Shown here: one piece after another, positions 32,901 to 45,197 of the stretch
Numbering within the stretch: position 1 is the first letter of the stretch
How the letters are laid out: each line of letters begins with the position of its first letter
Source: Hormiphora californensis
Taxonomy: Eukaryota; Animalia; Ctenophora
DNA length: 64,000 nucleotides
Direction: 5' to 3'
Assembly: GCA_020137815.1 (NCBI GenBank)
Contig: CM035362.1
Location: 3,844,001-3,908,000 of the forward strand
Position numbers and translations under genes: made by a program
The notes under the pieces: model-generated
Database searches by the model: none
What the model was told of the DNA's origin: nothing
The model's input: only the letters and a program-made list of their open reading frames with translations

Positions 32901-34305
32901 ATGCTCCACTCAATTCAAAAACCAGCGAAATCTCTCACGGCACATCAGACTCGGTGTTTGCCTCGATCAGAGGGATTATCGGTGCATCATTTGTGGACAT
33001 ACCTTCTCAACTGAGTACGCTCTGAAACGTCACCACACCAGGACATCGTGCAGGAAGAGGTAGGAAATCACGTGATATGCCCATATTTGGGTTGTGTCAC
33101 GTGATATGCCCATATTTGGGTGGTCTCACGTGATATATGACCATATTTGGGTGGTTTCACGTGATATATGTATGACCATATTTGGATGGTAATTTCACGA
33201 GGGATAATTATTGCAAAATGATCGTTACATACTACATATTATAGTCTATTCCCGAAATAATAAGAATGCCGAACGGCACTTAGATTTATGTGATAAAATA
33301 GAATTTTGAAGAAGAGAGATGAAAAAAAGAGAGAAACAGTGAGTTTTACTAAACATAATCTCTAATTATAATTATTTATTACTAATTATAATCTCTTCCA
33401 GGTTAATTGAGGAAGGAGAGATAAATGGAGACGAAGGTTCCAGTAAAATCCCAAAAACAGAGCCTCCACAAGAGAACTACATCTGTGAAAAATGCAAATT
33501 CCCCTTCGCCTCAAAAGCAGCCCTATCCCAACACTCCAGCTCCCAGAAGTGTGATTACAACAGGATAAACGGGTGTCCACCACCTCCACAGCTATTCAAA
33601 TGTCCCAACTGTAGAGCTCAACTCGCATCCAAGGCAGGTCTCGCTAAGCATCTCAAACGGGCCCAATGCAGAAGTTTCCGGTGTACCAAGTGTACTATGA
33701 CATTCAGGCATTTTACAGAGCTGAGAGGTCACATGAGCAGCGCTCACAACGTCATGGATACCAGTCACATTTTATCGTACCTCAAAATGGGCGGCAACAG
33801 TCCCAGCATGACGTGCCTCAACAAAATCACATCTCCAACAACTTCCACCCCGGTAAAATCTACATCAGGGACACCATCACCAGGAGCAGCAGCAGCGACA
33901 TCTGACCTGCCAGTTGCTGGGCATCCCTGTAAGATCTGCCCCTTTTCGGGAACCTGCAAACGCTCCCTAGAGAACCATATGAGGATGCATATACGACAAA
34001 AGAAGGCCATTGGAGAGGGGGTAGATTGTACTCAATGTGGACATGCATCACCCGATTCAGATGAGTTGTTACGTCACTATATCTCCGCTCACCCGGGACT
34101 TCCCTACTACAAAATGAAACAGGAGGGGGAGGTTGTGAAAAAGGCGGCGGTTACCGTGGAAACGGAACAAAACAACACTGACGAGGGAGGGGCGAGTTCG
34201 GAGGTGGGGGGTTCTGAAACAGGGACAGTGGACATCGAGGGGAGTGTGGATGTGGTTAGTTCGGAGGTAACGACGGGTGTTGTTTCTGTCATTCAACGAT
34301 CCTGA
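28146..34305 (+). CDS. C2HC/C2H2 zinc-finger protein 2, paralog of ZF protein 1
   Basis: Exons 28146-28293, 28715-28864, 29079-29262, ~30055/30063-30088, 30433-30463, 31368-31702, 32870-33059, 33402-34305. The exon 3-4 junction is uncertain; the other phases fit. Fingers: CSIC..HIRLGVC, CIIC..HHTRTSC, CEKC..HSSSQKC, CPNC..HLKRAQC, CTKC..HMSSAH, CKIC..HMRMH, CTQC..HYISAH. Confidence 0.8.
29400..29750. repeat. ~62-bp TCTAGA-rich minisatellite
   Basis: Repeating GGGTGAAAGACTAGAGGTCTAGAGAGGGTGGGTGAAAGAGGTCTAGACTCTAGAGACTGGAGG units. Confidence 0.85.
30088..30410 (+). repeat. 33-bp tandem repeat starting at a 5' splice site
   Basis: AGTAAGGGTACCATTCTCTCTTTTACTCTCTTT units begin at the A|GTAAGG donor of ZF gene 2 exon 4. 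Confidence 0.8.
30709..31288. mobile_element. Mutator-like MITE with central TTAGGG repeats
   Basis: TIR GGTG(T/G)GCGGACTCTAGTGCT with 9-bp TSD GTAGATTGA (30700-30708, 31289-31297). Internal GGACTCTTTATCTA repeats flank a (TTAGGG)n-like core at ~31010-31060. Confidence 0.85.
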
Positions 34306-36202
34306 GGAGGTGTGTGGTTACCATGGTTACACTTTTGTTAATGGTTACCATGGTTACAATGTTGTTAATGGTTACCATGGTTACACTGTTGTTGGTGGTT
34401 ACCATGGTTACACTGTTGTTAGTGGTTACCATGATTACACTGCAATATATATTCAGTTACCATGGTTACCGTACATCAAACGCAACGTATAGTTGTCATG
34501 GTTACAGTTTACACACTCTCAATGTCCCTTGAGTTGGTTGTGCGAAAAGAGTGTCGAAATTGATGAATTGAAAAAAGTATTAAACACGTGACTAAAGAAG
34601 ATTTGAGAACGAATTTTGACATTGTTTGTATTGTAGGATCACGGGTTGATAATTCTTGAGATCTGCCTTGGAGTGAAAGTGAAAGTGAAGGTGAAAGTGA
34701 AAGTGAAAGTGAAGGTGAAAGTGAAAGTGAAGAAGAGAGAGATTGATGTAATGGATACATGTGAATTTAATCCCTCTTTATTTGTTACGTTTAACTTGTT
34801 GCTATATAATATGTGTGTTAGCTTATAATTATTATCATTGTCTCCAGTAGTATCTCTGTGTTTATATTGTGTCCAAGAACTATGGTTACCATGCAGAGTG
34901 GTTACCATGGGGTTACCATGCCGCGTGGTTACCATGGATATATTTTGGAGTGGTTAACGTGGTTATATTTGGAGTGGTCACCGTGGTTAGAAATCATCAA
35001 TCATCATGCAGAGTGGTTAGCATGTTTACCATGTAGATCGAGTGGTTACCATGGTTACATTGCAGAGTGGTTACCATGGTTACAAATTCCACTGTGGAAT
35101 CCTTACACGGTCGCTTGTAGTGGGAAAACGGTAATGGAAAACGAAGATACAGTAAGACGACGTGCAACCGTGACATTTTTCATATCAATCCATCACGTCG
35201 TGTGGGACAATAAAAACGGCCCCCCTGAGAAGTTTCTCTTACACAGATTGTCACACGTGTGACTGACCTGTCTGGCGGCACATGACCCCGTTCTACGGAG
35301 GCAGCTTGCAGCATGCGTGATGTGCCACGCGTGTTGAACTCTGTATCTATAACACTATAGTACTCATCAGTCATCACACCACCCTTCAGTTCACGCGGTT
35401 GTTTGGTTGTATTACACCCCACCTCATTTCTGTCTGACCCCGATTTGATTCTCAGATGGGGTCCTCCCTATTGAACCATATTGCTCAGATGGCGTCCCCA
35501 GACAGCCCTATTGAACCATATTGTGTATTTGTGCATGCCCATTTTAATTTGTGTTTAGAATATGTTATATATGTGTGTGTTAGGTTGTCCATTGAGTCAA
35601 GCAGGCGCTCACCCCACACTTTTTTGTTGAATAAGGGCCGGGAACTCACCCCTCACCCCGGCCTACCTTGCAGGCACGCTAAAACTTACTATCGCAATGC
35701 CTTAACTGTAGAGGGGTAATTTAGTAACCAAGGTGTAAGTAAGAGCTCTCATGCCCCTTACTTACACCTTTTACACTTTGCCTATATTCTACTGAATCCC
35801 TTGCCTGTCAGACCGTGACCGATCGCTTTGAAATAAATGAGAATAGGGTCAGGCCAATACAATATGGTCTGAGAGCTGCCGTGCACCTAGTTTTGTTAGA
35901 AAGTAGAAATATGTATTTTGGGGGGGCATTTTGGGTTATTTGACACGTGTGACGTCACTATCTTTATCAACAGTGGAGAGTGGAGAAAGTCAAAAAGCAC
36001 TTGACTCTTTATCTTTATCAACAGCGGAGAGTGGAGAAAGTCAAAAAGCACTTCACTCTTTATCTTTATCAACAGGAGAATGGAGAGTGGAGAGAGAGTG
36101 AGAGAGAGCACTTGACTCTTTATCTTTTTTTTAGCAACACTATAAAGAGACCAGGGTATCAGTTTCCCACGAGGGAGGAGGAAGGAAAAGGGAGGAGGAA
36201 GG

Positions 36203-36236
<34 letters not shown>

Positions 36237-36678
36237 ACTTGACTCTTTATCTTTTTTGAGCAACACTATAAAAAACATCAGGGTATCAGTTTCTCCATGC
36301 GAAAATACAGCATGATTTTGACTGAAAGTGAATATATTTTACATGTATGTCACAGTGTGTCAAAGCAAATCTCGTCCTCGCTTATTTTGTAACTAACAAA
36401 TATTCTCAGTTTCTGTATTAAAACACTTGGTTTAAATGTAGCCCTGTGTTTGCCACTAAATCAATTTCTCTGATACGTAAAAAAAACTTTGTTTTAATTT
36501 CTGATCTAACCTCGACCCTTCTCTTCTCGACCCTGTAAAATGGGTTTCAAGAAAACAGTTGTTCCTATAGTCTTCTCGAATCTTGCCCCTTCATATAAGA
36601 TTTCTTGAAACTTCTCCATCTTACCACCAGGTTTTCTCACAATTTCTCAGTCTATAGTATAGACATAGAAACCTGGTA

Positions 36679-36844
36679 CAGTCGGACCCCGATTTAACGG
36701 CACCCTCGGGGGGAAAGGGTTTTGTCCGTTAAATCGGGGTATCCGCTAAATCGGGTCAAATATAATGTACTGTTAATTTCCTATATATCGGGGGAAGATT
36801 ATCCTGCCGTTAAATCGGGGTTCCGTTAAATCGGGGTCCGACTG
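36679..36844. mobile_element. TA-flanked CAGTCGGACCCC MITE (Tc1/pogo-type family, many copies)
   Basis: TA|CAGTCGGACCCCGATTTA ... TAAATCGGGGTCCGACTG|TA. A longer copy lies at 42285-42999. Fragments occur near 8320-8410, 16060-16160, 28915-29040, 31855-31955, 47630-47750 and 53500-54485. Confidence 0.85.
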
Positions 36845-36867
36845 TACTCAGTAATGTTTTCGGTTCA

Positions 36868-38150
36868 TTGGGTATGATATCCCCTCTTCTTCTCTCCCTC
36901 CTACGCTGTCCTCTCACGTCTGTGTAGGAGGGTACACCGTTGGGTATGATATCCCCTCTTCTTCTCTCCCTCCTGCGCTGTCCTCTCACGTCTGTGTAGG
37001 AGGGTACACCGTTGGGTATGATATCCCCTCTTCTTCTCTCCCTCCTGCGCTGTCCTCTCACGTCTGTGTAGGAGGGTACACCGTTGGGTATGATATCCCC
37101 TCTTCTTCTCTCCCTCCTGCGCTGTCCTCTCACGTCTGTGTAGGAGGGTACACCGTTGGGTATGATATCCCCTCTTCTTCTCTCTTTCCTGCGCTGTCCT
37201 CTCACGTCTATTTAGGAGGGTACACCGTTGGGTATGATATCCCCTCTTCTTCTCTCCCTCCTGCGCTGTCCTCTCACGTCTGTGTAGGAGGGTACACCGT
37301 TGGGTATGATATCCCCTCTTCTTCTCTCCCTCCTGCGCTGTCCTCTCACGTCTGTGTAGGAGGGTACACCGTTGGGTATGATATCCCCTCTTCTTCTCTC
37401 CCTCCTGCGCTGTCCTCTCACGTCTGTGTAGGAGGGTACACCGTTGGGTATGATATCCCCTCTTCTTCTCTCCCTCCTGCGCTGTCCTCTCACGTCTGTG
37501 TAGGAGGGTACACCGTTGGGTATGATATCCCCTCTTCTTCTCTCCCTCCTGCGCTGTCCTCTCACGTCTGTGTAGGAGGGTACACCGTTGGGTATGATAT
37601 CCCCTCTTCTTCTCTCCCTCCTGCGCTGTCCTCTCACGTCTGTGTAGGAGGGTACACCGTTGGGTATGATATCCCCTCTTCTTCTCTCCCTCCTGCGCTG
37701 TCCTCTCACGTCTGTGTAGGAGGGTACACCGTTGGGTATGATATCCCCTCTTCTTCTCTCCCTCCTGCGCTGTCCTCTCACGTCTGTGTAGGAGGGTACA
37801 CCGTTGGGTATGATATCCCCTCTTCTTCTCTCCCTCCTGCGCTGTCCTCTCACGTCTGTTTTAGGAGGTAAAAACCGTTGGGTATGATATCCCCTCTTCT
37901 TCCTCCCTCCTGCGCTGTCCCTCACGTCTGGTAGGAGGTACACCGTTGTATATACCCCTCTTCTTCTCCCTCCGCGCTGTCCCTCCGTCTGTGTAGGGGG
38001 GTACACCGTTGGGTATGATATCCCCTCTTCTTCTCTCCCTCCTGCGCTGTCCTCTCACGTCTGTGTAGGAGGGTAACACCGTTGGGTTAATCCCCTCTTC
38101 TCTCTCCCTCCTGGCTGCCTTCACTCTATTTAGGGGTACACCGTTGGGGA
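36868..38150. repeat. 72-bp minisatellite (~18 copies)
   Basis: GGGTACACCGTTGGGTATGATATCCCCTCTTCTTCTCTCCCTCCTGCGCTGTCCTCTCACGTCTGTGTAGGA. It degrades after ~37860, and a single related unit lies at ~42005-42075. Confidence 0.95.
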
Positions 38151-38320
38151 GATATTTTATGAAAACACCAGGGTATGGGTATCAGTTTCCCCAAGCGAAA
38201 ATACAGCATGATTTAGCCTGAAAGTGAATATATTTTACATTTATGTCACAGTGTGTCACAGCAAATCTCGTCCTCGCTTATTTTGTAACTAACAAATATT
38301 CTCAGTTTCTGTATTAAAAC

Positions 38321-39154
38321 GGGGGGGGGGGGGGGAGGGGGACATGTTAATTGTTAATAAATCACCTCTTTTTTCCGATTTTGTTAATTAACGTTTATTA
38401 ACAAAATTAACAAAATTAACAAATGCTAAAATATTGGTGTTATCGGTTGATAATACGACTTTAACTCATTTAATTTTGTAGTTTAATAACTTATCTAACG
38501 TTTGTATACCCATGTAAGGCCTCCTCCGATAACATAAGTCCAACATACAAGTTTTTTGGCTCCAAATCGATCAAAATTTAAAGAGTACGAATATTTCAAT
38601 TTAGCGTGTAAAATGTCACTTGAATGTAATTTTTTTCATTGATAATCCATTCTTTAGACGAAAGAAAGTGATTTTTGAAAAATACGAAAAAATTCCAAAA
38701 ATTGCTTTTTTTCGGTCAAAAATTGAAAATTTGCTTCGCTACAAATCCTTGTGTTTTTTTAGAAAAAAATATTTTTGGGATATTTTTCGATTGAAGGTAA
38801 ATTTATGAGTCTTATTAAGTTTTTAAGGTTGGAAAATGCAGATTTGTGTCATTTGACCTCAATTGCGGTTCAGGTTAGCTAGTTTTTGTTCGAATTTCAG
38901 AATGGAATAAATCGTTGTGGGAAGGCTGTTATAGTAGACGGCTTGGGGTATGCAAATCATGCAGAAGGAACATCTTTGTTCGCAGAACAACATGCAGCAT
39001 GTGTAATACCAAAAAACACGTTCTAAAGGGACTTTAGATGGTATAAATGGCATTTGTTAATGTTTGTTAACTTTTGTTAATTATGTTAATAAATCACCTG
39101 TTTTTTCGATGTTAATATTAACAAAGTTAACAAAATTAACATGTCCCCCCACCC
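38321..39154. mobile_element. Non-autonomous DNA transposon with G-rich termini and 8-bp TSD (Merlin/Mutator-like)
   Basis: GGGG..GGACATGTTAA / TTAACATGTCCCCCCACCC termini; ATTAAAAC is duplicated. The empty site is visible in the paralogous segment at ~36411-36430. Confidence 0.85.
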
Positions 39155-40471
39155 ATTAAAACACTTGGTTTAAATCAGGAACCGACCGAATCAGGAAATA
39201 CTGGTCCCTGATTGGCTGATAACCAGTCACGTGACCTAAATAACGAGTTCTGATTGGTTGTTTACTTGTTTCGGTCGGTTCTTGGTTTAAATTTAGCCCT
39301 GTGTTTGCAACTAAATCAATTTCTCTGATACGTAAAAAACATTGTTTTAATTTCTGATCCTACCTCGACCCTTCTCTTCTCGACCCTGTAAAATGGGTTT
39401 CAACAAAACAAAGTTGATCCTATAGTCTTCTCGAATCTCGCCCCTTCATATATAAGATTTCTTGAAACTTAAACTTCTCCATCTTAACACCAGGTTTTAT
39501 TTTCTCAGTTTATAGTATAGACATAGTCACTGCGCTGGCAAGCGCAAAGGTGACCATCCCCTCCCCCCAGCCGTGCGTGCCAGAGTGCAGTTATAACTTT
39601 TTTCAGTTTTTAGCCAAAAATGGCATTTTGTGACGCTCATAGCGAGGCCCCCACTCCATCGATCGGTCTGAAATTTGGTATACAGTGTCACATAGTCTAG
39701 ATTTACTGTAGTTTAAAAGAGCAAGTCTCTATCTCTTTTAGTTTTAGAGATAGGGCATCGTGAAAAAAGCAACAAATGTCCCGGGTCTATGTATCTATCT
39801 ATCTATGTATCTATCTATCTATCTATGTAATACTGTAATACATAGTATGTATGGATAGACGCTATTTTACCAAATTTATAATCGTTTTTGAGAGAAAACG
39901 ATATAAGATAGACACTTCTCGTTTGTTGCATTCGAAAGATAATCGTTTGAATTGTGTAGACGAATAGTTTTCATGTTCTAGGTCCAACCAGAACGTCTTA
40001 ACAAACTGTCATAAAGATGCGAGTTTTTTCAAATCAACCAAATTTCTTTGAGCTCAATTTACACCCTGAAGACGGCTTCTGATTGAAAAACGGAGACCAC
40101 ACTTACGAAAGATAATCGTCTATACTTTCAGAAACTATATCGCGAATTTGTGAAACTCTATGTCTAAGGGTCTCAAATCGCGTCTGAAGTGTTAAGACTG
40201 TATGAAAATAGATATGATGATAGTACGTTTTTCGCCATAGCGACCTCAAATCTTATCGAATCGATCTCAAACTTGGTCAGCATCTTTATCTAGATGAGTC
40301 TGATAATAATACATCCCTATCATGACGTTACAACGTCGTGACGTCACGCTATGACGTCATAATGACGTCAAAATTGAAATTTTCGTTTTTTGGCGATTCC
40401 TGACGGTCTTTACACGTCCAGACATGTCTTACATCGTATTTCACATCAGAAAATACCAAAAATATACCCCA

Positions 40472-40637
40472 ATTATGCCAAAAACTAACAGAAATTAGTT
40501 GGCTGGAAAGGTGACCATTTTTTTTGTCAAACTGACACCTTTGCCCGGCCCGGGTTACGGATATCATCGATGGGGTAAATCAGGGGGTAAATCAGGGAGT
40601 TTGAGAAGAGAGAAAGAGAGAGAGAGAGAGAGAGAGT

Positions 40638-40674
<37 letters not shown>

Positions 40675-40805
40675 TGGGACATAGAGAGAGATAGAAATCA
40701 GAGAGGGAAAGATAGTGATGAAACCTGGAGAGGGCAAAGGTGTCAGTTTGACAAAAAAATGGTCACCTTTCCAGCCAACTAATTTATGTTAGTTTTTGGC
40801 ATAAT
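40472..40805. mobile_element. MITE with ~73-bp inverted arms
   Basis: ATTATGCCAAAAACTAAC...GACACCTTTGCCC vs GGGCAAAGGTGTC...GTTAGTTTTTGGCATAAT, with a GA microsatellite spacer. Confidence 0.75.
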
Positions 40806-40948
40806 ATAGACATAGAAACCTAGTATTACTCTACTCAACTTATCCCCTGTCAATACACACCTCCGATTTAGCGGGCAAAACTTCCCCCAATTAGCATCCA
40901 ACTAAATCGGGGTCAGCTATAATTGTTACATTACATCCATCAATAGAT

Positions 40949-41310
40949 ATGATGGACACATTAGAACCATGCCTGCTTGGCAGCATTCAGTCGGCATTGC
41001 AGCTCCAACGATCTATTGACAACCACAAGCACCAACTGAGATATTTGCTGGATGCAATACGGAGGGAGAGGTCGTCACAAAAAGGTAAATTTGTGTTGTG
41101 TGTTTACTGTTTATGTGTTATGTGGAATTATTACAAGATACCCTGCATACTAATCTAGTCATGATTTTACCCTGCTTTCTCTCTAACAGACAGCAGTAGT
41201 GGCCCGGCCGCAGCATGGGGTGGAGAAATTGTTACCCCGCGGCCTGCATGCTTTTACGTATCATGTATCGATGGCGATTTTACCTTTCTCTCTTTTGTTC
41301 TCTCCTAGTT
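40949..41310 (+). pseudogene. Truncated tandem duplicate of the 5' end of the gene at 43124
   Basis: Exon MMDTLEPCLLGSIQSALQLQRSIDNHKHQLRYLLDAIRRERSSQK is nearly identical to 43124-43259. The second exon copy (~41190-41250) is degraded and similarity stops at ~41310. Confidence 0.7.
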
Positions 41311-43123
41311 TTCTCTCATATTATGTCGCACCATAAATTATGATAGCGGGGGACGAGCTGTACCTCCAAAACGGTGATTGTTGTGTAAAAACAAACTACG
41401 GGAACATGCTGGAACAATTCCTGGACGGCTTTTTGCAAATTATGAAATTTTTATTCAAAAGTTCATTTTTCATTCATGAACTTTCTTCACGTTCATTAAT
41501 GAACTAAGGACTCTAATTTACCGAGAGTGAGGCATTTTGTTTGGGTTGAATTTATCTTTCCAATGAGCACCATAAAAATAAAATTGAAGCACCAGGTCAC
41601 ATGGCAGTTGAAAAAATGCACATGCATGATTTTGGCTCTTCCTGCGACTTTCGAGCGGCTGTATCACGGCTACCTTTTGTTCAATCTTTTTGAAACTTTG
41701 GGTGTACATCGGATAACCAAAGATCTTTCCTCACAAGAAAAATCAAGGTCAAAACTCAAAGTTCATTTTTAAGTGTTGGCAGTTCATTCCACTCATTCAG
41801 GAACCAACATCCCTAAAGTGATGAAAAATGATTGGTTTTGTTTGGCCCATACCCTGCGATGATAGAGAGGTGTAAAAACACGTTTCCGGGCTAGTTAGTG
41901 GGTTCCATGTGATCATGATGATATCTGACACCTCTTCTGACCCATAATCAAGGGATTTTCTTGCAAAAAAATTCAAATAGTGATTTGTAGGGGACCCTCT
42001 CCCCCCCACGTCTATTTAGGGGTACACCGTTGGTATACCCCCTCTTCTCTCTGTAGTCTCTCGCGTCTATTGAGGACCAAGGTAACTTGGGTAGCACTTC
42101 TTTCAATGTTGTCGTTGAGTAGATAGTAGTAAAACAACTCACTCATCTCAATCTTATTATATTCTTCTTTTCTATTTATGTTAATTCTGTTGCTGTATTT
42201 TTATATCGACTATTCAGTATTCGCTCATGCAGATTTTAGATTTTAAGGTTATTGCTTCCATTATTGCTTCCCTCACCTGTTATACAGTCGGACCCCGATT
42301 TACCGGGATCCTCGGGGGAAGCCATTTTGCCCGGTAAATCGGGGTAGAGCATATATTTGAACCATAAATCCTACTTTTGTCCAAAATTCTATTACAAGAC
42401 ACCTCTAACTGTATAGTATACATTTATTGGTGACAATATGATCATTGCTTCTGTCATTAGAAATAGAAAATTTAAAAAATTCAAAAAAATTGTAAAAACT
42501 TTTTCTAATGTAAACCACCCCGACCGAGTCCGAATCGTGTTTCGAATCGGTGCATCTTATCGCATGTCCTGCCGCTAATTAGACGGTTCGAAATGAACCG
42601 ATACGTGATACCATGCCGAATCTGGGCACCTTAAGCGGGGTCAGGAAGTATCAAAGTTTCAAAATAACTTTTTCTCTGAAAATTTACGGGGAGCATCGAT
42701 CAAAGCATTGACAATGATTCTGTAAAATTTTGCAAAAAGAAGTTATGAAATTTTTCTAAGGTATACCAGCCACGTTCGAATCGTGTTTCGAATCGGTACA
42801 TCTTATCACGTGTCCTGCCGCTAATTAGACGGTTCGAAACGAACCGACACGTGATCCCCATTAGACCTAGCGAATTGCAAATGCAAGTTTACCAACCGGC
42901 CAAACTTCGAAAATTTTCCAAAAAAAATCGGGGGAAAGAAATCCTCCCGGTAAATCGGGGTTCCGGTATATCGGGGCCCGGTAAATCAGGGTCCGACTGT
43001 ATTACTCTACTTAACTTATCCCCTATCAATACACACCCCCGATTTAGCGGGCAAAACCTTTTCCCCGCTTAGCATCCAACTAAATCGGGGTCAGCTATTG
43101 TTACATAACATCCATCAATAGAT

Positions 43124-44712
43124 ATGTTGGACGCATTAGAACCATGCCTGCTTGGCAGCATTCAGTCGGCATTGCAACTCCAAAGATCCATTGCCAACCA
43201 CAACCACCAACTGAGATATTTGCTGGAGGCAATTCGACGGGAGAGGTCGTCACCAGAAGGTATGCGTGTTGTGTGTTTACTGTTTATTGTGTTATGTGGA
43301 ATTATTATTTGATACCCTGCATGCTATTGCCTAGCTAGACTCTGTTTCTCGTGCCCCGCCCACACAAATGTAAAGGAGGGTTAGAGCATAACAAGCATGC
43401 TACTCTACACTCTCTACTGCTCTACACTTTTTTATTGATAATTTTACCCTGCTCCTTCTCTTTTGTGGCGAGTTTACCCTGCTCCTTCTCTTAAATAGTG
43501 TTAATTGTACCCTGTTTTCTCTCTAGCAGTGGTGCTCCCACCCCGGCCTGGGTTGGAGAAATTGCTACAAGATACCCTGCGGCCGGCATGCTTTTATCAA
43601 TGACGATTTTACCTTTCTCTCTTTTGTTCTCTCGTACCAACCAGCAACCTCCCCTAGGTCCTGCTGTAAGTTCCCCGTCCGAAGACACGTCATCCCACCA
43701 CGAGATAAGTGTGCATGATGTTCTGGGAGAAGTTGAGGAACGAGTTGGTCATCTGGTTCATCAGGGGTATAATGATCCTCCACCCCCGGGGAGTTTGAAT
43801 CTCCAACAGTCAGATGATGACCACTGTGAGGAGGTGGATGGAGTTATTTCGCCGTCGATTTGTCCCAGTTTCGAGACTATTCCCGAGGTTCCGAATGGGC
43901 TGGTCATGGCTTCAGCTGATCATCAAGGTGATCCTTTGGAACGGATTGCTGCAATTGTTAATGATTTGGATACTAGACCCGTTGCCGCATCTGTTGTCAC
44001 GGAATCTACACCTGTTGTCGCGGGGTCCGCATCCGTTGCCACGGGGTCCGCATCCGTTGCCACGGGGTCCGCATCCGTTGCCGGTTATTCCGCATCCGTT
44101 GCCGGTTATTCTGCATCCGTTGCCGGTGATTCTGCATCCGTTGCCGGTGACTCGGAAGCGAGTGCACCCATCAGCGTTGCCTGGTCCACTGCCAGTAGTA
44201 CTGAACTAAACCGTGGTCGAATGGATCATGAGGCGGACAGAAACAGGAGACGTGGAGAGAGTGGCACCGGTTTAGCGTGGCTACGGTCCTGGGGAGAAGG
44301 GAAATCGAATAAAGAGAGTGATGAAGCTCCTGCAACGGATAATGGGGTGGTTGAATCACCAACCCGATCCCCTTTTATGACTCGGATATCTGAGGAAAGC
44401 AGTCAGACGAGCACCCAATTAAGTGTCGAGGGCAGTCAGACGAGCGCCCAATTAAGTGTCGATGGCAGTCAGACGAGTGCCCAATTAAGTGTCGAGGAAA
44501 GCAGCCAGGCGAGCGCCCAATTAAGTGTCGAGAGCGCCCAATCAAGTGTCGAGAGCGCCCAATCAAGTGTCGAGAAGAGTAGTGATTCCCTGGCTTCATG
44601 TCTCCTCTGTGATTGGTCGGTCGAGACGGAAACGCCAGATCAAAAAGAACAATTGACGCAACTTCATTACCATCTCAATCACAAAGGTTACAGTTCCTGG
44701 GATGGTGACTAG
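43124..44712 (+). CDS. Orphan protein: helical N-terminus, long disordered repeat region, one C-terminal CxxC...HxxxxH motif
   Basis: Exons 43124-43259, 43527-43585 and 43645-44712. The second intron must be GC-AG to keep frame. Repeats SASVAG and SQTSAQLSVE; ends CLLCDWSVETETPDQKEQLTQLHYHLNHKGYSSWDGD*. Confidence 0.65.
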
Positions 44713-45197
44713 TGGTAACTGGTGGTAACTGGAGGTAACTAGAGGTAACTATTGGATAGTGGTAACTGGTGGTAACTATTGGACAGTAGTGGTAATTATT
44801 GGCCAGTGGGAACTGGTTGGAACTCACAACTGTTGGTAACTGGTGATAACTGTTGAACATTTGTTGCTGAACTGTGGTTGCTATTGGCGACAAGAATGAA
44901 AAACTCATGATCATCTGTAATCAGTTTGTTGAACAAGATATTTTCTTTTTTTAATGATTTTATCTGCTTTTGGGAAGTTCAGAATGACTGGGCCCTGCGA
45001 AGAGTTATTTTGTTTTTTAGAAGTTGGGAAGAAATCAATGCTGTATTTTTTAGTGATTTGTTAATGTCTTTAATTTTTCTTATAAGCCCATACATTTTCT
45101 GCCCCTTTCAACCCCATTTCAACAATTCCACCAATTAGTTTTTTATTCCTTTCTAATATCTAACGACCCTATCAAACCCTATTTTTAGCGCCAAATC

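Noticed and set aside
36810-38124. Minus-strand ORFs with repeating DVRGQRRRERRRGDIIPNGVPSYT
   Set aside because: An open frame is an expected by-product of a 72-bp (3n) minisatellite. There is no credible start, splice context or domain.
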